A DNA stretch of 39,090 bases from IMG/VR virus record IMGVR_UViG_3300013901_000002, one strand, 5' to 3'. The position numbers and the translations under genes are program-made. Source of the DNA: a virus. The notes below the pieces were generated by a model. The model saw nothing but the letters and a program-made list of their open reading frames with translations. It ran no database searches and had not been told where the DNA came from. Positions 6,411 through 14,406 of the stretch are shown here, in pieces. Position 1 is the first letter of the stretch. Each line of letters begins with the position of its first letter.

Positions 6411-6629
6411 TTATTTATTCAGAGCTTCGCGAATTAACGATTTGACCGCGTCCGAGGTCTGCAGGCCAGAGGCTTTCCGGGCCGCGATGGCTGCGATCAC
6501 GTCGGCGTCGTCGACTTTGCGGAGCGATACAACCATGCGTTCATAGGTCTTCGCGTTATAACGCTGCTTCACGGCCGTGCTTGTATGCGTCTTCCGCTTC
6601 GGCTTTTCGATGTCTTCGATTGCTTTCAC
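6411..6629 (-). CDS. Ribbon-helix-helix (Arc/CopG-like) protein, cassette 2
   Basis: It has a GTG start. The product reads ..KPKRKTHTSTAVKQRYNAKTYERMVVSLRKVDDADVIAAIAARKASGLQTSDAVKSLIREALNK. Confidence 0.7.
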   Translation of the reverse strand: MKAIEDIEKPKRKTHTSTAVKQRYNAKTYERMVVSLRKVDDADVIAAIAARKASGLQTSDAVKSLIREALNK

Positions 6630-6668
6630 TCCCTTTTCGTGGCGGGCGGTTTCCCGCCCGCGCTGTTG

Positions 6669-6803
6669 TTACGCCTGATCGTTCGACGGCTTGTAAGTGT
6701 CGTTCCCGCTCTCGATCCAGAGGATGAAATCATTGATCGCGGTATCATTCCAACCGGCACTTCTCAGCCCGAGGATGACGCGGACCACTTCCGACATTGT
6801 CAT
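6669..6803 (-). CDS. 44-aa micro-protein, cassette 2
   Basis: ATG at 6803 follows AAAGGAGG. It translates MTMSEVVRVILGLRSAGWNDTAINDFILWIESGNDTYKPSNDQA. Confidence 0.55.
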   Translation of the reverse strand: MTMSEVVRVILGLRSAGWNDTAINDFILWIESGNDTYKPSNDQA

Positions 6804-6837
6804 TGCGGCTCGCCTCCTTTCTTTCTGGCGTGGCTTT

Positions 6838-6866
6838 ATGATAGCACATACACCGCAGTATGTCAA
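6838..6866 (-). promoter_or_regulatory. Cassette 2 promoter TTGACA-17 nt-TGcTATCAT
   Basis: On the minus strand, TTGACA lies at 6866-6861 and TATCAT at 6843-6838. Confidence 0.7.
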
Positions 6867-7008
6867 GCCCCTTTTTCAACATTCGTGATGTGATTTTCTT
6901 CAGGATTTCGCGTTGTGGTGGGGCCTCCCGCGCTGAGATCGGCCAAGATTCAGCGGCGCGGGGGCTTTTTATTTATCCAGATGCTAAATTGCCAGCACGG
7001 GGAGTTTT

Positions 7009-7194
7009 TTATTTTTCGTCGCGCTCGATATCTCGCCGGATAAGCTCTTTGATGTACCCGGCTTTGTTCGGGACACTATCCAATTTCTCGATGATCTCCG
7101 CGTCTGACTTGCGCATGAGGGCAAAGCCGTAGCGCTTGACGTTGGCGGCTTGCCATTTGGCGACCGCTTTCGGGCTGTATGCGATTGGTATCAC
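7009..7194 (-). CDS. Ribbon-helix-helix-like protein, cassette 3 (divergent paralog)
   Basis: It has a GTG start. The product reads ..VKRYGFALMRKSDAEIIEKLDSVPNKAGYIKELIRRDIERDEK, with the same strand-helix-helix pattern. Confidence 0.6.
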   Translation of the reverse strand: MIPIAYSPKAVAKWQAANVKRYGFALMRKSDAEIIEKLDSVPNKAGYIKELIRRDIERDEK

Positions 7195-7236
7195 TTCCTT
7201 TCTTACGGGCGGGCGGTTTCCCGCCCGCCCGCCGGG

Positions 7237-7386
7237 TTACTTCTGCGCGAGCCCAGCGATATACGCCTTGATGATCTTTTCGACTTCTTCGGGGGTGTAG
7301 CTCTCCACGTCCTTATCTGCGAAGATGGTCAAAAGATCGTAGGCCATCGCCTTTTTGATGTCCATGCTTTCCTGCGCACTCGGCAC
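7237..7386 (-). CDS. ~49-aa micro-protein, cassette 3 (start uncertain: GTG 7386 or ATG 7365)
   Basis: AAAGGAGG lies 9 nt upstream of the GTG at 7386. The product reads ..MDIKKAMAYDLLTIFADKDVESYTPEEVEKIIKAYIAGLAQK. Confidence 0.5.
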   Translation of the reverse strand: MPSAQESMDIKKAMAYDLLTIFADKDVESYTPEEVEKIIKAYIAGLAQK

Positions 7387-7419
7387 CGTCTTCACCTCCT
7401 TTCGGACTGGCGTGGCCTA

Positions 7420-7448
7420 AGTATAGCATAGTATTAACACTATGTCAA
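7420..7448 (-). promoter_or_regulatory. Cassette 3 promoter TTGACA-17 nt-TGcTATACT
   Basis: On the minus strand, TTGACA lies at 7448-7443 and TATACT at 7425-7420. Confidence 0.7.
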
Positions 7449-7636
7449 CCCCCCTATTCCAACATTTTTTCGGCTGACCCCATCCGGGGCGGCCCTTTTT
7501 TATGCCCAAAATGCACCTTTACACAGTGGCAAAGTATTGTATTTTGCCACTCTTTCAAACGCCGGGAACCCTTGCGCCGCAACGCTTTGCGGCCTATCCA
7601 CCACAACAAAATGTGCACTTATTCCGCAGGCGGCCC

Positions 7637-7664
7637 TTGACACCGGCACAAAAGCCGCTAAAAT
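7637..7664 (+). promoter_or_regulatory. Candidate late-operon promoter TTGACA-16 nt-TAAAAT
   Basis: TTGACA lies at 7637-7642 and TAAAAT at 7659-7664. It is the only good plus-strand promoter upstream of terS. Confidence 0.6.
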
Positions 7665-7680
7665 GGCACGCAAAAGTCAG

Positions 7681-7737
7681 TTTTGCATAGATTCCCCTAC
7701 GGGTAAGCTGGCTTACCCGATGGGGAATCATGCAAAA
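7681..7737 (+). promoter_or_regulatory. 57-nt three-tier hairpin in the late-operon leader RNA
   Basis: TTTTGCAT/ATGCAAAA, GATTCCCC/GGGGAATC and GGGTAAGC/GCTTACCC are nested around a central loop. It begins about 10 nt after the predicted start site and has no U-tract. Confidence 0.6.
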
Positions 7738-7773
7738 CCGATAGCAGCAAGCACACCAAAGGAGGCGGCAGCC

Positions 7774-8202
7774 GTGGCGATGACCCACACCCCGGACGAG
7801 ATTTGCACGATGGCGGCGGCCTACAAGGCCAAAGTCCAGGACGGCAAGATCAAGCGCGCAGACTGGGCCCACTTTTGCGGCCTTTGCGGCGAGTGCCTCG
7901 AGGACATGCAGAGAGCGATAACAGGCGAGACGAGCGAGGCAATAGACGGCAAGGCGTGGCAGGCGGAGGGCGATAGACAGCGCGTTGTCCATGCGCTCAA
8001 GGTGTTAAGCACCTTCATCCGCGGGGAATACTCGACGAGTAACGCGTGGAACGGCGCAATGGCACAAAAAGCCATGTTTAACATGCGCCAAAACTGGGAC
8101 GGGCAGGCGGCAAGCACCGAGGCGGACCGCAAAGCAGGCGGCGGGGAGATCACCGTGCGGCTGGTGGGCGACTTCGGCGGGGTCAAAGACCCGTTTAAGT
8201 GA
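7774..8202 (+). CDS. terS: Terminase small subunit
   Basis: GTG at 7774 lies 8 nt after AAAGGAGG. The size and the C-terminal ..MFNMRQNWDGQ.. pattern are typical of Firmicutes-phage small terminases, and it is the first late gene. Confidence 0.6.
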   Translation: MAMTHTPDEICTMAAAYKAKVQDGKIKRADWAHFCGLCGECLEDMQRAITGETSEAIDGKAWQAEGDRQRVVHALKVLSTFIRGEYSTSNAWNGAMAQKAMFNMRQNWDGQAASTEADRKAGGGEITVRLVGDFGGVKDPFK

Positions 8203-8862
8203 TCGCGCACACGCGCACGCGCGTACATTAAATGCGCGTAATGCGTCGCGGCGTCCGTACACCGTGGAATGCAGGCAATCTTGCACGGGTGCGGGCGCAT
8301 GTGTCCAATAAATGGGACTTCGGGCCAGGCCAACGTCAACAAAATATTTATTTTGTTGCGTTCGTGGCTGGATGCATGCAAGTAGCAGGCAATCGACTTG
8401 CACGGGCAATCAGGGCCGCAGGGGCGCGCGCAGAGGCCCGCGCAGGGCAATTCGGCTGCGCGCCGGGCTGCGGCAGACCGTGCCCGCCCGGATACCGGCT
8501 TGCGCTGCGATGAGCGAGGGAGGGGTGCCGGAAAAAGGGGTGCGCCCTTGAGCGCGAGGCGTAGTAGATATACCGCACCCCCGCGATGCCCAAAATCTCG
8601 GCGGTGCGTGTAACGCGCCACAAGTCCGGAACCACCCTTGACATAACGCCTGACGCGGGCGGAATAAATACGCGTTGCCGCCGCCGCGGGGCGGGATACA
8701 AGTACCCCGGCAGAAAAAGGGGTAGCCCCATGCGGGAATCGACCCCTGAAAAAAATCAGAAAGACACGGCAAACACCATTGCCGCGTAAATAGACAACAT
8801 TGCCCGATAGACCAATCGGGCGGCATTTCGATCCGCAGACCAGCGGGGAGAGGAGTAATGAA
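8203..8862. other. 660-nt non-coding, structure-rich gap between terS and the scaffold gene (candidate pac/cos region or ncRNA)
   Basis: No ORF has an RBS or sensible composition. A repeated GCAGGCAATC(GA)CTTGCACGGG (8271-8289, 8385-8406) flanks an AT-rich hairpin at 8337-8358, and there are many short GC hairpins. Confidence 0.6.
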
Positions 8863-9726
8863 ATGACAGATACCATGTACGACGATGCCTTTGGCGTAGA
8901 CCTGAGCGACGTGCTGTCGGGGGAAGCCCTCGCGGACGAGACGGTGGCTGAAGACGTCGGCTCTGCTGGCGGCGAGGGCCAGCAGGAACCGGAGAATGCG
9001 GGCGCTGAGAATGCCGGTGGCGATGACGGCCACGCGGCCGAAGGGAGCGAGAATGGAGCCGGGACGCCGGAAACGTTTGAGCTGACCTATCTGGGGGAGA
9101 AGCGCACGGTAAACCGGGCGGAAGTGGTGCAGCTCGCACAGAAGGGGCTGAACCATGACCGATTGCAGGAGCAGTGGAACGGACTTAAGGCGTCGAGAGA
9201 CGAGCTCCAGGGCTGGCGGCAGGCGAATCAGGGCGCGGTTGACGAAGTCACGGCGTATCTGAAAGAGACGGGCGGCAATGACATCGGACAGGTGCTTGAT
9301 GAGCTGCGGGTGTCTCAGCTGCAGAAGCAGGGCCTGTCGGAGGACGTCGCGCGGGAACGCGTGGCGCGCCAGCGTGCGGAGCGCCAGCTGATGGCAGGGC
9401 GAGCGTCGCAGTCTGAGGCTGAGAACCGGCGTCATCAGGCCGCTGATGATATCGCTGCCTTCCGGCGGGCGTATCCGAATGTCGCGGTCGACGCGGCGCT
9501 TCTGGGGCGTCTGAAAGACGATCTGGCGGCGACGGGCAATCTATCGAGCGCGTATATGCGCGCGGAGAATCGCAGGCTTGCCGCGGAGCTGGAGGCATCG
9601 AAGAAGGCTGCAGCGGCCGCCGCGCAGAATGCCTCGAACCGTCAGCGGAGCGCTGGCTCTCAGAAGTCGAGCGGCGGAGAAGCGCAGGACGATCAGTTCC
9701 TGAATGCACTGTTTTCGGAGGCATAA
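8863..9726 (+). CDS. Scaffolding-like protein (acidic N-terminus, coiled-coil)
   Basis: ATG at 8863 follows GGGGAGAGGAG. It lies immediately upstream of the capsid gene and has Q/E/R/A-rich helical composition. Confidence 0.6.
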   Translation: MTDTMYDDAFGVDLSDVLSGEALADETVAEDVGSAGGEGQQEPENAGAENAGGDDGHAAEGSENGAGTPETFELTYLGEKRTVNRAEVVQLAQKGLNHDRLQEQWNGLKASRDELQGWRQANQGAVDEVTAYLKETGGNDIGQVLDELRVSQLQKQGLSEDVARERVARQRAERQLMAGRASQSEAENRRHQAADDIAAFRRAYPNVAVDAALLGRLKDDLAATGNLSSAYMRAENRRLAAELEASKKAAAAAAQNASNRQRSAGSQKSSGGEAQDDQFLNALFSEA

Positions 9727-9759
9727 CGAGTTCGGCCCCACCGATAAATGGAGGGGCAT

Positions 9760-10827
9760 ATGGCCGTTATCAATCTTGCAACCAAGTACGCCGAACAGGC
9801 GGTTGAGCGTTTTTATCTCGAATCCATCACGGACGCGGCTTTCGACAAGTCGCATGACAGCGAATTTGTCGGCGTCAAGACCGTAAGAATCTATGACATC
9901 GGCACTGCGCCGGTCAATGACTACCAGCGCAGCGGCACGAGCCGCTACGGCTCCGTGGACGAGCTGTCTGACTCCATTCAGGAGCTGCAGATGACGCAGG
10001 ACAAGTCGTCCACGTGGAGCATCGACAAGGGCAACCAAAAGGAGCAGTTCAACGTCAAGCAGGCGGGCGAAACGCTGCAGCGCCAGCTGCGCGAGAAGTA
10101 CACGCCGATGATCGACAAGTACCGCATGCAGAAGTGGGCCGACGGAGCCGGTATCGCGAAGGCACTGACTGCCGCGCCGACCAAGAGCACCATCGTCAGC
10201 GCCATGCTGGACGCTGCGGCTGCTCTGGATGACGCCGGTGTGCCGGAATCCGGCCGCATGTTCTTCGTGCCGACGTCCTACTACAAGCACATCCTGCTTT
10301 CTGACGAGTTCTCGAAGGCGGATGCACTGATGGTGAAGGCCCTCGGCAAGGGCACGGTCGGCGAGCTGTTCGGCATCCCCGTCAAGAAGGTCCCGACCAG
10401 CTACATGCCGACGGACGTGTATTTCATGCTGATCTATAAGGGCGCTGCTGTTTCCCCGGTCAAGCTGCAGGACTACAAGATCAACACGGAGCCGCAGGGC
10501 ATTTCCGGCGATCTCGTCGAGATGCGCCTGATGTACGATGCCTTTGTGCTGGGCACGAAGGCCAGCGGCATCTACATTGCCACGGCAACGGGCAAGGTCG
10601 CCACGACGCCGACGATTGCTTTCGCGAGCAACGTCATGACGCTCACCGGCGACGAAGGCGCGACTTTTGTGTACACGACGGACGGCAGCGATCCGCGCTA
10701 TTCCAAGAGCGCTGTGACCTATAGCAGCACCAGCAAGCCGACTATCGAGGCCGGTGCAACGGTCAAGGCCGCCGCGACGAAGTCCGGCGTCTATCAGTCC
10801 GGCGTTGCCGAGAAGGTCAATAGCTGA
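9760..10827 (+). CDS. Major capsid protein with a C-terminal FN3-associated/Ig-like decoration domain
   Basis: ATG at 9760 follows GGAGGGG. Position and size fit a capsid gene, and the C-terminal VYTTDGSDPRYSKSAVTYSS..TVKAAATKSGVYQSGV motif fits the decoration domain. Confidence 0.7.
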   Translation: MAVINLATKYAEQAVERFYLESITDAAFDKSHDSEFVGVKTVRIYDIGTAPVNDYQRSGTSRYGSVDELSDSIQELQMTQDKSSTWSIDKGNQKEQFNVKQAGETLQRQLREKYTPMIDKYRMQKWADGAGIAKALTAAPTKSTIVSAMLDAAAALDDAGVPESGRMFFVPTSYYKHILLSDEFSKADALMVKALGKGTVGELFGIPVKKVPTSYMPTDVYFMLIYKGAAVSPVKLQDYKINTEPQGISGDLVEMRLMYDAFVLGTKASGIYIATATGKVATTPTIAFASNVMTLTGDEGATFVYTTDGSDPRYSKSAVTYSSTSKPTIEAGATVKAAATKSGVYQSGVAEKVNS

Positions 10828-10843
10828 CACATACCAACAGGAC

Positions 10844-10873
10844 ACGGCGGTGGGGCAACTCACCGCCGTTTGT
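10844..10873 (+). terminator. Hairpin/weak terminator after the capsid gene
   Basis: The stem is ACGGCGGTG/CACCGCCGT with an 8-nt loop, followed by TTTGT. Confidence 0.5.
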
Positions 10874-10901
10874 CATATAACACATTCCACAGGAGGTAAT
10901 C

Positions 10902-11237
10902 ATGGCAGTACATATCATTCTGGCGGCGATGGCCGTTGCCATTGCACTGCTGGCCATTGGATACGTTGGCCTGAGCCGCGAGACACGCAGGCGGACGGGG
11001 TGGCTGGAGCGAAGGCTCGGAGATGAACAGATCGTGACGAAGGGCATGACGGACAACATTGCCCGTCTGAACGACGGATACCGTGATCTTAAAGGCAAGG
11101 TCGACGCCATGAGCGACGCCGTCATGCCGGATGATTCCCTCGCCCGCCGGGCCAAGGAAGAGATCGATAAGTTCAACGCCGGTATCCATAATATCCTGAC
11201 CTATAACGGCCCGACGCACGACCAGCGAGGGGAGTAA
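10902..11237 (+). CDS. N-terminally membrane-anchored coiled-coil protein, hypothetical
   Basis: ATG at 10902 follows CAGGAGGT. The N-terminus reads MAVHIILAAMAVAIALLAIGYVGL. Confidence 0.6.
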   Translation: MAVHIILAAMAVAIALLAIGYVGLSRETRRRTGWLERRLGDEQIVTKGMTDNIARLNDGYRDLKGKVDAMSDAVMPDDSLARRAKEEIDKFNAGIHNILTYNGPTHDQRGE

Positions 11238-11240
11238 CCC

Positions 11241-12932
11241 GTGAAGCAGGTAAAACCGGATATCCGCACTGTCTGGAACCGCTATCAGCGGGGCGTGCAG
11301 TTCAACCAGCAGATCGGCTTATACCAGACGGTCGAAGATAATGAAAATATGTACATCGGCAAGCAGTGGGAGGGCGTGCAGGCAAATGGTCTTCCGACGC
11401 CGGTGTTTAATCTCTTAAAGCGCGTGACCATGTTCCAGGTGGCGACCATCACGTCCGATAACATTGCGGTCAGGGCGTCGGCCCTGCAGGCCACGCGCGG
11501 CTATGCCAAGAAGGACGTCGAAAAGGTGGCCGAGATCATCAACGAGCAGCTGGCGTCCGCGTTTGAGCGGAACCGTATTCCGACGATGCTGCGCGAGTAC
11601 GGCCGTAATGCTGCCGTAGACGGCGATGCCTGCATGTACACCTATTTTGACCCGACCGTTGAAAACGGGCAGGACGTCAAGGGTGAGCTGGTCACGGAGA
11701 TCATCGAGAATACCCGCGTGCATTTCGGCAATCCCAACAACCGCGATGTGCAGTCGCAGCCGTGGATCATTCTTGCCCGCCGCATGCTGCTCGAGGACGC
11801 GCAGTGGCGCGCACGGAACAACGGCATCCCGGAAGACCAGATCGATGCGATCCGGCCGGACGAGCAGGGATACTACAGCAAAATGGACTCCATCACGGAC
11901 GGCCGCGTGACTGTGCTGCTGTATTTCTGGCGCGACCGCGAGACCGGCACGATCTGGCGCTATGAGAGCACGCAGAACGCCTGCGTTTGCGAGCCGATCG
12001 ACACCGGCACGAAGCTGTATCCCATCACGTGGCTTTGCTGGGATTATATCCACGATTCCTATCACGGGCAGGCCTCCATCACGCAGCTGCGCCCGAATCA
12101 GATTTTTATCAACCGCATGTTTGCCATGGTCTTCCTGAGCCTGATGACGCTGGCCTTCCCGAAGATCATCTATGACAAGACCCGCCTGCCGGGCGGCTGG
12201 GATTCCCGCGTCGGCGCGGCGATTGCCGTCAACGGCGGCGACGTCAACAATATCGCCAAGATCATGGACCCGGCGCAGATTTCCCCGCAGGTCGGGCAGT
12301 TCATCCAGCTTGCCGTGGACTACACACAGAGTTTTCTGGGCGCTTCTGACGTGGCGATGGGCGACAGCCGCCCGGATAACACGAGCGCCATTCTGGCCCT
12401 GCAGCGGGCCGCCAACACGCCGCTGGAGCTGACCAAGCAGAATCTGTATCAGTCCGTCGAAGACCTGTGCAAGATTTATATCGACCAGATGCGTGTGTTC
12501 TTCGGCGTGCGCGTCGTCGAGAGCAAACCGCTCGACGTGGCCGATAACAAGCCGCTCGGCATCGACTTCTCGCAGGCGGAATTCCTGCAGGAGTTCGACT
12601 TTGCGACGCTGGGCGACATTCCCGTATCGGTCAAGCTGGATGTCGGCGCGTCGTCCTATTGGTCTGAGATCGCATCCATGCAGACGCTGGACAACTTGCT
12701 CATGCAGAACAAGATCGGGCTGCGCGAGTATCTGGAGCGTGTTCCTGCCGGATTCATCTCCAAGAAGCAGGAGCTGATCGACCTGTTGGATGCGGCTTCC
12801 AGTGCGCCGGTCGGCGGTGGCGGCGGCCCCGTCTCCGGCGAAGGAAGCAAAGTCGATGAGCTGCCCGTGCGGGGCGGCGGTGGTTACGGAGCGCTTCAGC
12901 GCGCCGTAACGCAGGAAGGAGCGAGTAGATGA
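11241..12932 (+). CDS. Portal protein
   Basis: It is 563 aa with a GTG start after GAGGGGAG. The N-terminal NMYIGKQWEG...GLPTPVFNLLKRV pattern is typical of portals. Confidence 0.8.
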   Translation: MKQVKPDIRTVWNRYQRGVQFNQQIGLYQTVEDNENMYIGKQWEGVQANGLPTPVFNLLKRVTMFQVATITSDNIAVRASALQATRGYAKKDVEKVAEIINEQLASAFERNRIPTMLREYGRNAAVDGDACMYTYFDPTVENGQDVKGELVTEIIENTRVHFGNPNNRDVQSQPWIILARRMLLEDAQWRARNNGIPEDQIDAIRPDEQGYYSKMDSITDGRVTVLLYFWRDRETGTIWRYESTQNACVCEPIDTGTKLYPITWLCWDYIHDSYHGQASITQLRPNQIFINRMFAMVFLSLMTLAFPKIIYDKTRLPGGWDSRVGAAIAVNGGDVNNIAKIMDPAQISPQVGQFIQLAVDYTQSFLGASDVAMGDSRPDNTSAILALQRAANTPLELTKQNLYQSVEDLCKIYIDQMRVFFGVRVVESKPLDVADNKPLGIDFSQAEFLQEFDFATLGDIPVSVKLDVGASSYWSEIASMQTLDNLLMQNKIGLREYLERVPAGFISKKQELIDLLDAASSAPVGGGGGPVSGEGSKVDELPVRGGGGYGALQRAVTQEGASR

Positions 12933-14398
12933 GTCTCCCGAAAATGACAACGCCGGTCAACAACATTTCTCAGTTGGACGACCTGCCGAATGCCGTCGGC
13001 GGCCTGAGCGCGGCGGAGCTGAAAGCCCGCTTTGACAAGGCAGGCGGCGACATCCAGACGTTTTTGAACGAAACGCTCGTCCCGGCCATCGAGCAGATGG
13101 GCGTGGATGAAGGGACGGCGCGCGACGCGGCTATTCAGGCCGCCATTGATGCGCTGGAGCTGGATACGACCGTCGAGAACCTGCAGAAGGCAATTGTGGC
13201 GGCCGAAACCCGCGCGAAAGAATATGCAGACACGAAGGACACTGCTAACCTCACAGCCGCGAAGCAATACGCGGACAGCGCTGCTGCGTCAGCGGCCAGC
13301 GCGGCAGTAACCGCAGCAGCCAGCGATGCCACGACCAAGGCCGCGGCAGCACTGACCAATGCAAAGAGTTACACGGACACAAAGGCTGATGCCATTCTTG
13401 CCGAAGCGGAACGCGTGTCCGGCTCCGATGCGCAGAACGCGGAGACTGCCGCGAAGCAGTACGCGGATAAGCAGGACGCAGCCACGCTGACGGCCGCCAA
13501 GGAGTATACCGACGGAAAAATCCCCTCCAAGCTGCCGAACCCGCAGAAGCTGAAATTCACCGGCGCTGTTACCGGCGAATACGACGGCAGCACCGAGAAG
13601 ACCATCAATATCCCCGCGGGGGGCAGCGACGTTCCGGCCGTGCTCGGCAATCTGGGCGCAAAGATGGGGGAGTCTGAGGCAGGCGCAGTCCCTGTTTACG
13701 CCGGGGACGAGGCGTGGACCATCGAAAAGATCATCAAGGCATACACCGGAGACAACGATCTGAGCGGGTACATCCCGGACACGGCGTGGGTGGTGGCGTA
13801 TATGGCAGCGCAAAAGGCGCTGCTCAAGCTGCTGCCGGACAGCGCGGCCGCAGACGCCGGGAAGCTGCTGCAGGTCGGCGCGGACGGCGCGGCCGAGTGG
13901 GGCGACAAGCTGCCGACAGCCCTCAAAAACCCAAAGGCGCTGACATTTACGGGGGCGGCGACGGGGACTTACGACGGATCGGAGGCGCTGGCGGTCAACA
14001 TCCCCAACGGGTATCAGCTGACGGACGCCGACAAGCAGGCAATCGCCGCGCTGGTGGCGGCGGATGGCGTGGAATTTACGCTGGCGGACATGCCCACGGG
14101 CGGCTCCGGCGGGTCGCTGAAGGCGTTGAGCAGCGTGGCCTCGTACATCGGCATCCCGGCGGCGGACCTGCCGGAAAACGGCGTTGTGTGGGTGAGCTTC
14201 GGGGCGGGCGAAAACATGGAGCTGTACACCGGCACGATCACGATACAGGACGCCGGAATCGCGACGAGCGACATGCTTGCGATCACAAACGGGACGGTAA
14301 ACCCGCTCAATCAGGTCGCGTGGATCAGCGACGGAATCGCATTTTACGGGATGACGACGTCGAACTACCGCGGCGTGTACCTGGTCGTAAGCGGATAG
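12929..14398 (+). CDS. Tail fibre / receptor-binding protein
   Basis: It has an ATGA overlap with the portal gene. The N-terminal LDDLPNAVGGLSAAELKARFDK pattern, AKxYAD/YTD repeats and the duplicated L.FTGA.TG.YDGS motif support the call. Confidence 0.75.
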   Translation: MSLPKMTTPVNNISQLDDLPNAVGGLSAAELKARFDKAGGDIQTFLNETLVPAIEQMGVDEGTARDAAIQAAIDALELDTTVENLQKAIVAAETRAKEYADTKDTANLTAAKQYADSAAASAASAAVTAAASDATTKAAAALTNAKSYTDTKADAILAEAERVSGSDAQNAETAAKQYADKQDAATLTAAKEYTDGKIPSKLPNPQKLKFTGAVTGEYDGSTEKTINIPAGGSDVPAVLGNLGAKMGESEAGAVPVYAGDEAWTIEKIIKAYTGDNDLSGYIPDTAWVVAYMAAQKALLKLLPDSAAADAGKLLQVGADGAAEWGDKLPTALKNPKALTFTGAATGTYDGSEALAVNIPNGYQLTDADKQAIAALVAADGVEFTLADMPTGGSGGSLKALSSVASYIGIPAADLPENGVVWVSFGAGENMELYTGTITIQDAGIATSDMLAITNGTVNPLNQVAWISDGIAFYGMTTSNYRGVYLVVSG

Positions 14399-14406
14399 GA
14401 GGGCAT

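Noticed and set aside
7821-9435. ORFs 7821-8876 (-), 8410-9435 (-) and several 60-130-codon ORFs covering the 8203-8862 gap.
   Set aside because: They overlap each other in all frames, are R/P/A/C-rich, lack RBSs and run antisense into terS or the scaffold gene. The region is treated as non-coding.
9541-12950. Long minus-strand ORFs 9541-10863 and 11415-12950, and similarly 18954-20240.
   Set aside because: They are antisense to the capsid, portal and terL genes, which have clear family features. Their composition is low-complexity and R/L/H-rich.
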